NCBI GenBank assembly: GCA_963789955.1
Contig: CAWBMV010000022.1
Location: 160,001-224,000, forward strand
DNA: 64,000 bases
Reading direction: 5' to 3'
Source: an uncultured Candidatus Rokubacteria bacterium
GTDB lineage: Bacteria; Methylomirabilota; Methylomirabilia; Rokubacteriales; CSP1-6
Shown: positions 61,957-64,000 of the stretch, in pieces
How positions within the stretch are numbered: position 1 is the first letter of the stretch
Layout of the letters: each line of letters begins with the position of its first letter
Notes under the pieces: generated by a model
Database searches by the model: none
Told to the model about the DNA's origin: nothing
What the model saw: the letters and a program-made list of their open reading frames with translations, nothing else
Made by a program: the position numbers and the translations under genes

Positions 61957-62637
61957 ATGAGCACGACGAAAACTCCGTTGTCGCAGATCATCGCCCTCAG
62001 CGATCTGCCGTGGCAGGAGCGCCAGCCCGGCGTTCGCGGCAAGAGCATCTGGGAGCACGCCGAGAGCAAGCGCCGGGCCGCCATGACCCGGATCGCGCCG
62101 GGCGCCCAGCTGCCGCTTCATCGGCACGTCGGCGACGAGCTCGTGTTCGTCATCGAGGGCGCCATCTCGGACGAGTTCGGTACGATCACGGCCGGGAACA
62201 TGGGCTATCGCCCGAACGGCTGTGTCCACACCGTGTCGGCGCCGAACGGCGCGACGGTCCTGGCGATCATCACCGGGGGCGTGGAGCCGCTCGCGCAGCG
62301 GAGCAGCGGGCCCGCGTCCCAGGTCTTCGCGGTGAGCGAGCTGCCGTGGATCGAGGCGCGGCCGGGTGTGCGCCAGAAGCGGATCTGGGAGGACAAGACC
62401 GGCACCCCGGAGCGGCGCGCGATCATTGCCCAGTTCGAGCCCGGCGCCCAGCTGCCGCTGCACCGCCACGTGGGCGACGAGCTCATCTTCGTCATCGAGG
62501 GCGCGAACGCCGACGAATCGGGACCGGTGGCCACCGGCAACATGAACTACCGCCCGAACGGTTGCGTGCACTCGGTGACGACGAAGAACGGCGCCACGGT
62601 CCTGGCCGTCGTGTGGGGTCGGACCGAGCCGGTCTAG
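61957..62637 (+). CDS. Tandem ChrR-like (cupin_7) protein
   Basis: Two near-identical halves: PGAQLPLHRHVGDEL.FVIEGA..GNM.YRPNGCVH. Confidence 0.85.
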   Translation: MSTTKTPLSQIIALSDLPWQERQPGVRGKSIWEHAESKRRAAMTRIAPGAQLPLHRHVGDELVFVIEGAISDEFGTITAGNMGYRPNGCVHTVSAPNGATVLAIITGGVEPLAQRSSGPASQVFAVSELPWIEARPGVRQKRIWEDKTGTPERRAIIAQFEPGAQLPLHRHVGDELIFVIEGANADESGPVATGNMNYRPNGCVHSVTTKNGATVLAVVWGRTEPV

Positions 62638-62646
62638 GGCGCGGCC

Positions 62647-64000
62647 ATGCGCCGTTCGCTACCGCTGCTCGTGCTGTCTCATCGTGCTGGCCGTCGCGCC
62701 GCCCGCCGGCGCGGCGCCGGACGCCCCGCGGGGCAGATGACGTGGGCGGCGCACATCACGCTTGGCGCCCACATGGTTCGACCCGGCCGAGACGCCGGGG
62801 ATCGGCACGCCGTTCATGATCCTCTACGCGCTCCACGACGCGCTGGTGAAGCCGATGCCCGGCAACCCCATGGCCCCGAGCCTGGCCGAGTCGTGGAGCC
62901 TCTCGAAGGACGGCCTCGCCTATGAATTCGTGCTGCGTCAAGGGGCCAGGTTCCACAACGGCGATCCCGTCACGTCCGAGGACGTGAAGTTCTCGTTCGA
63001 GCGGTATCGGGGCGCCGCGTCCAAGCTCTTGCACGAGCGCGTGCCGGTCGGTGGAGGTCGTCGATCCGCACCGGGTTCGCTTCAAGCTCAAGGAGCCGTG
63101 GCCCGACTTCATGACCTACTACGGCAGCCTCACCACCGGAGCCGGCTGGGTCGTGCCCAAGAAATACCTCGAGAAGGTCGGCGACGACGGCTTCAAGAAG
63201 GCGCCGATCGGCGCCGGCCCCTATCGCTTCGTCGCGTTCAACCCGGGCATCGAGCTGGTGCTGGAGGCTCACGAGCAGTACTGGAGGAAGGTCCCGAGCG
63301 TGAAGCGCCTGGTCATCAAGTCCGTTCAGGACGAGGCCACGCGCCTGGCGATGCTCAAGCGCGGCGAGGCCGACGTCATCTACCTGCTCCAGGGTGAGCT
63401 CGCCGAGGAAGTCCGGCGGACGCCAGGGCTCACGCTCAAGCCGACGCCCATCGTGTCGACGCACTGGCTGGTGTTCCTCGACCAGTGGGATCCGAAGTCC
63501 CCGTGGGCCGACCGGCGGGTGCGACTGGCCGCCAACCACGCGATGAATCGCCAGGCCGTCAACGAGGCCCTCACGCTCGGGTTCTCGCGGATCACCTGGA
63601 GCATCATTCCCGCGAGCTTCGATTTCTTCTGGCAGCCGCCGGCCTATCCGTTCGATCCGGCCCGGGCGAAGCAGCTTCTCGCCGAGGCGGGCTATCCCAA
63701 CGGGTTCGACGCGGGTGATTTCTGGTGCGAGCCTCCGACCGCCACGATGAGCGAGGCGCTGATGGGCTATCTGCAGGCGGTCGGTATCCGCGTGAAGCTC
63801 CGTCCGCTCGAGCGCGCCGCCTTCTTCAAGGCCTACCAGGAGAAGAAGCTGAAGAATCTGGCCTACAGCATCAGCGGCGCCTTCGGTAACGCGGCCACGC
63901 GGCTCGAGGTGTTCACGGTTGGCGGAGGACCGTACGTCTACGGGAGCTACTCCGACATCGACGGGCTCTTTCGCGAGCAGGCCGGCGAGCTCGATCGCAA
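62647..64000 (+). CDS. ABC substrate-binding protein, family 5 (paralog of 60343-61869; frameshifted, 3' truncated)
   Basis: LYALHDALVKPMPG, PSLAESW, FHNGDPVT, WPDFMT, PIGAGPY. Confidence 0.85.

Overview
High-GC bacterial chromosomal segment with about 62 densely packed genes. I found no rRNA, tRNA, CRISPR array or transposase. The gene content includes five luciferase-like (LLM) oxidoreductases, several VOC proteins, amidohydrolases, tandem family-5 solute-binding proteins and REP-like intergenic repeats. This resembles Candidatus Rokubacteria (Methylomirabilota), but that is an inference. More than 20 genes carry single-base frameshifts, most likely uncorrected long-read errors. Highlights: (1) a tightly coupled operon at 29780-34392 (minus strand) joining an HtxB/PhnD-like reduced-phosphorus ABC transporter to TusA, DsrE and a TusA-MetE-like fusion, with a palindromic operator and a structured leader; (2) an AhpD/CMD-family gene with an in-frame UGA at its redox motif (SxxU) followed by a SECIS-like hairpin, so a probable selenoprotein; (3) an orphan hopanoid C-3 methylase, hpnR; (4) a sigma-54 island with a GAFTTA-variant activator and several -24/-12 promoters; (5) a divergent pyruvate carboxylase with altered metal-site motifs; (6) a NitT/TauT ABC system with a NosL-like tail next to SCO; (7) a 4x53-bp tandem repeat, two MITE/REP-like hairpins and an internally deleted amidohydrolase pseudogene. 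All family assignments come from recognising motifs by eye, not from database searches.
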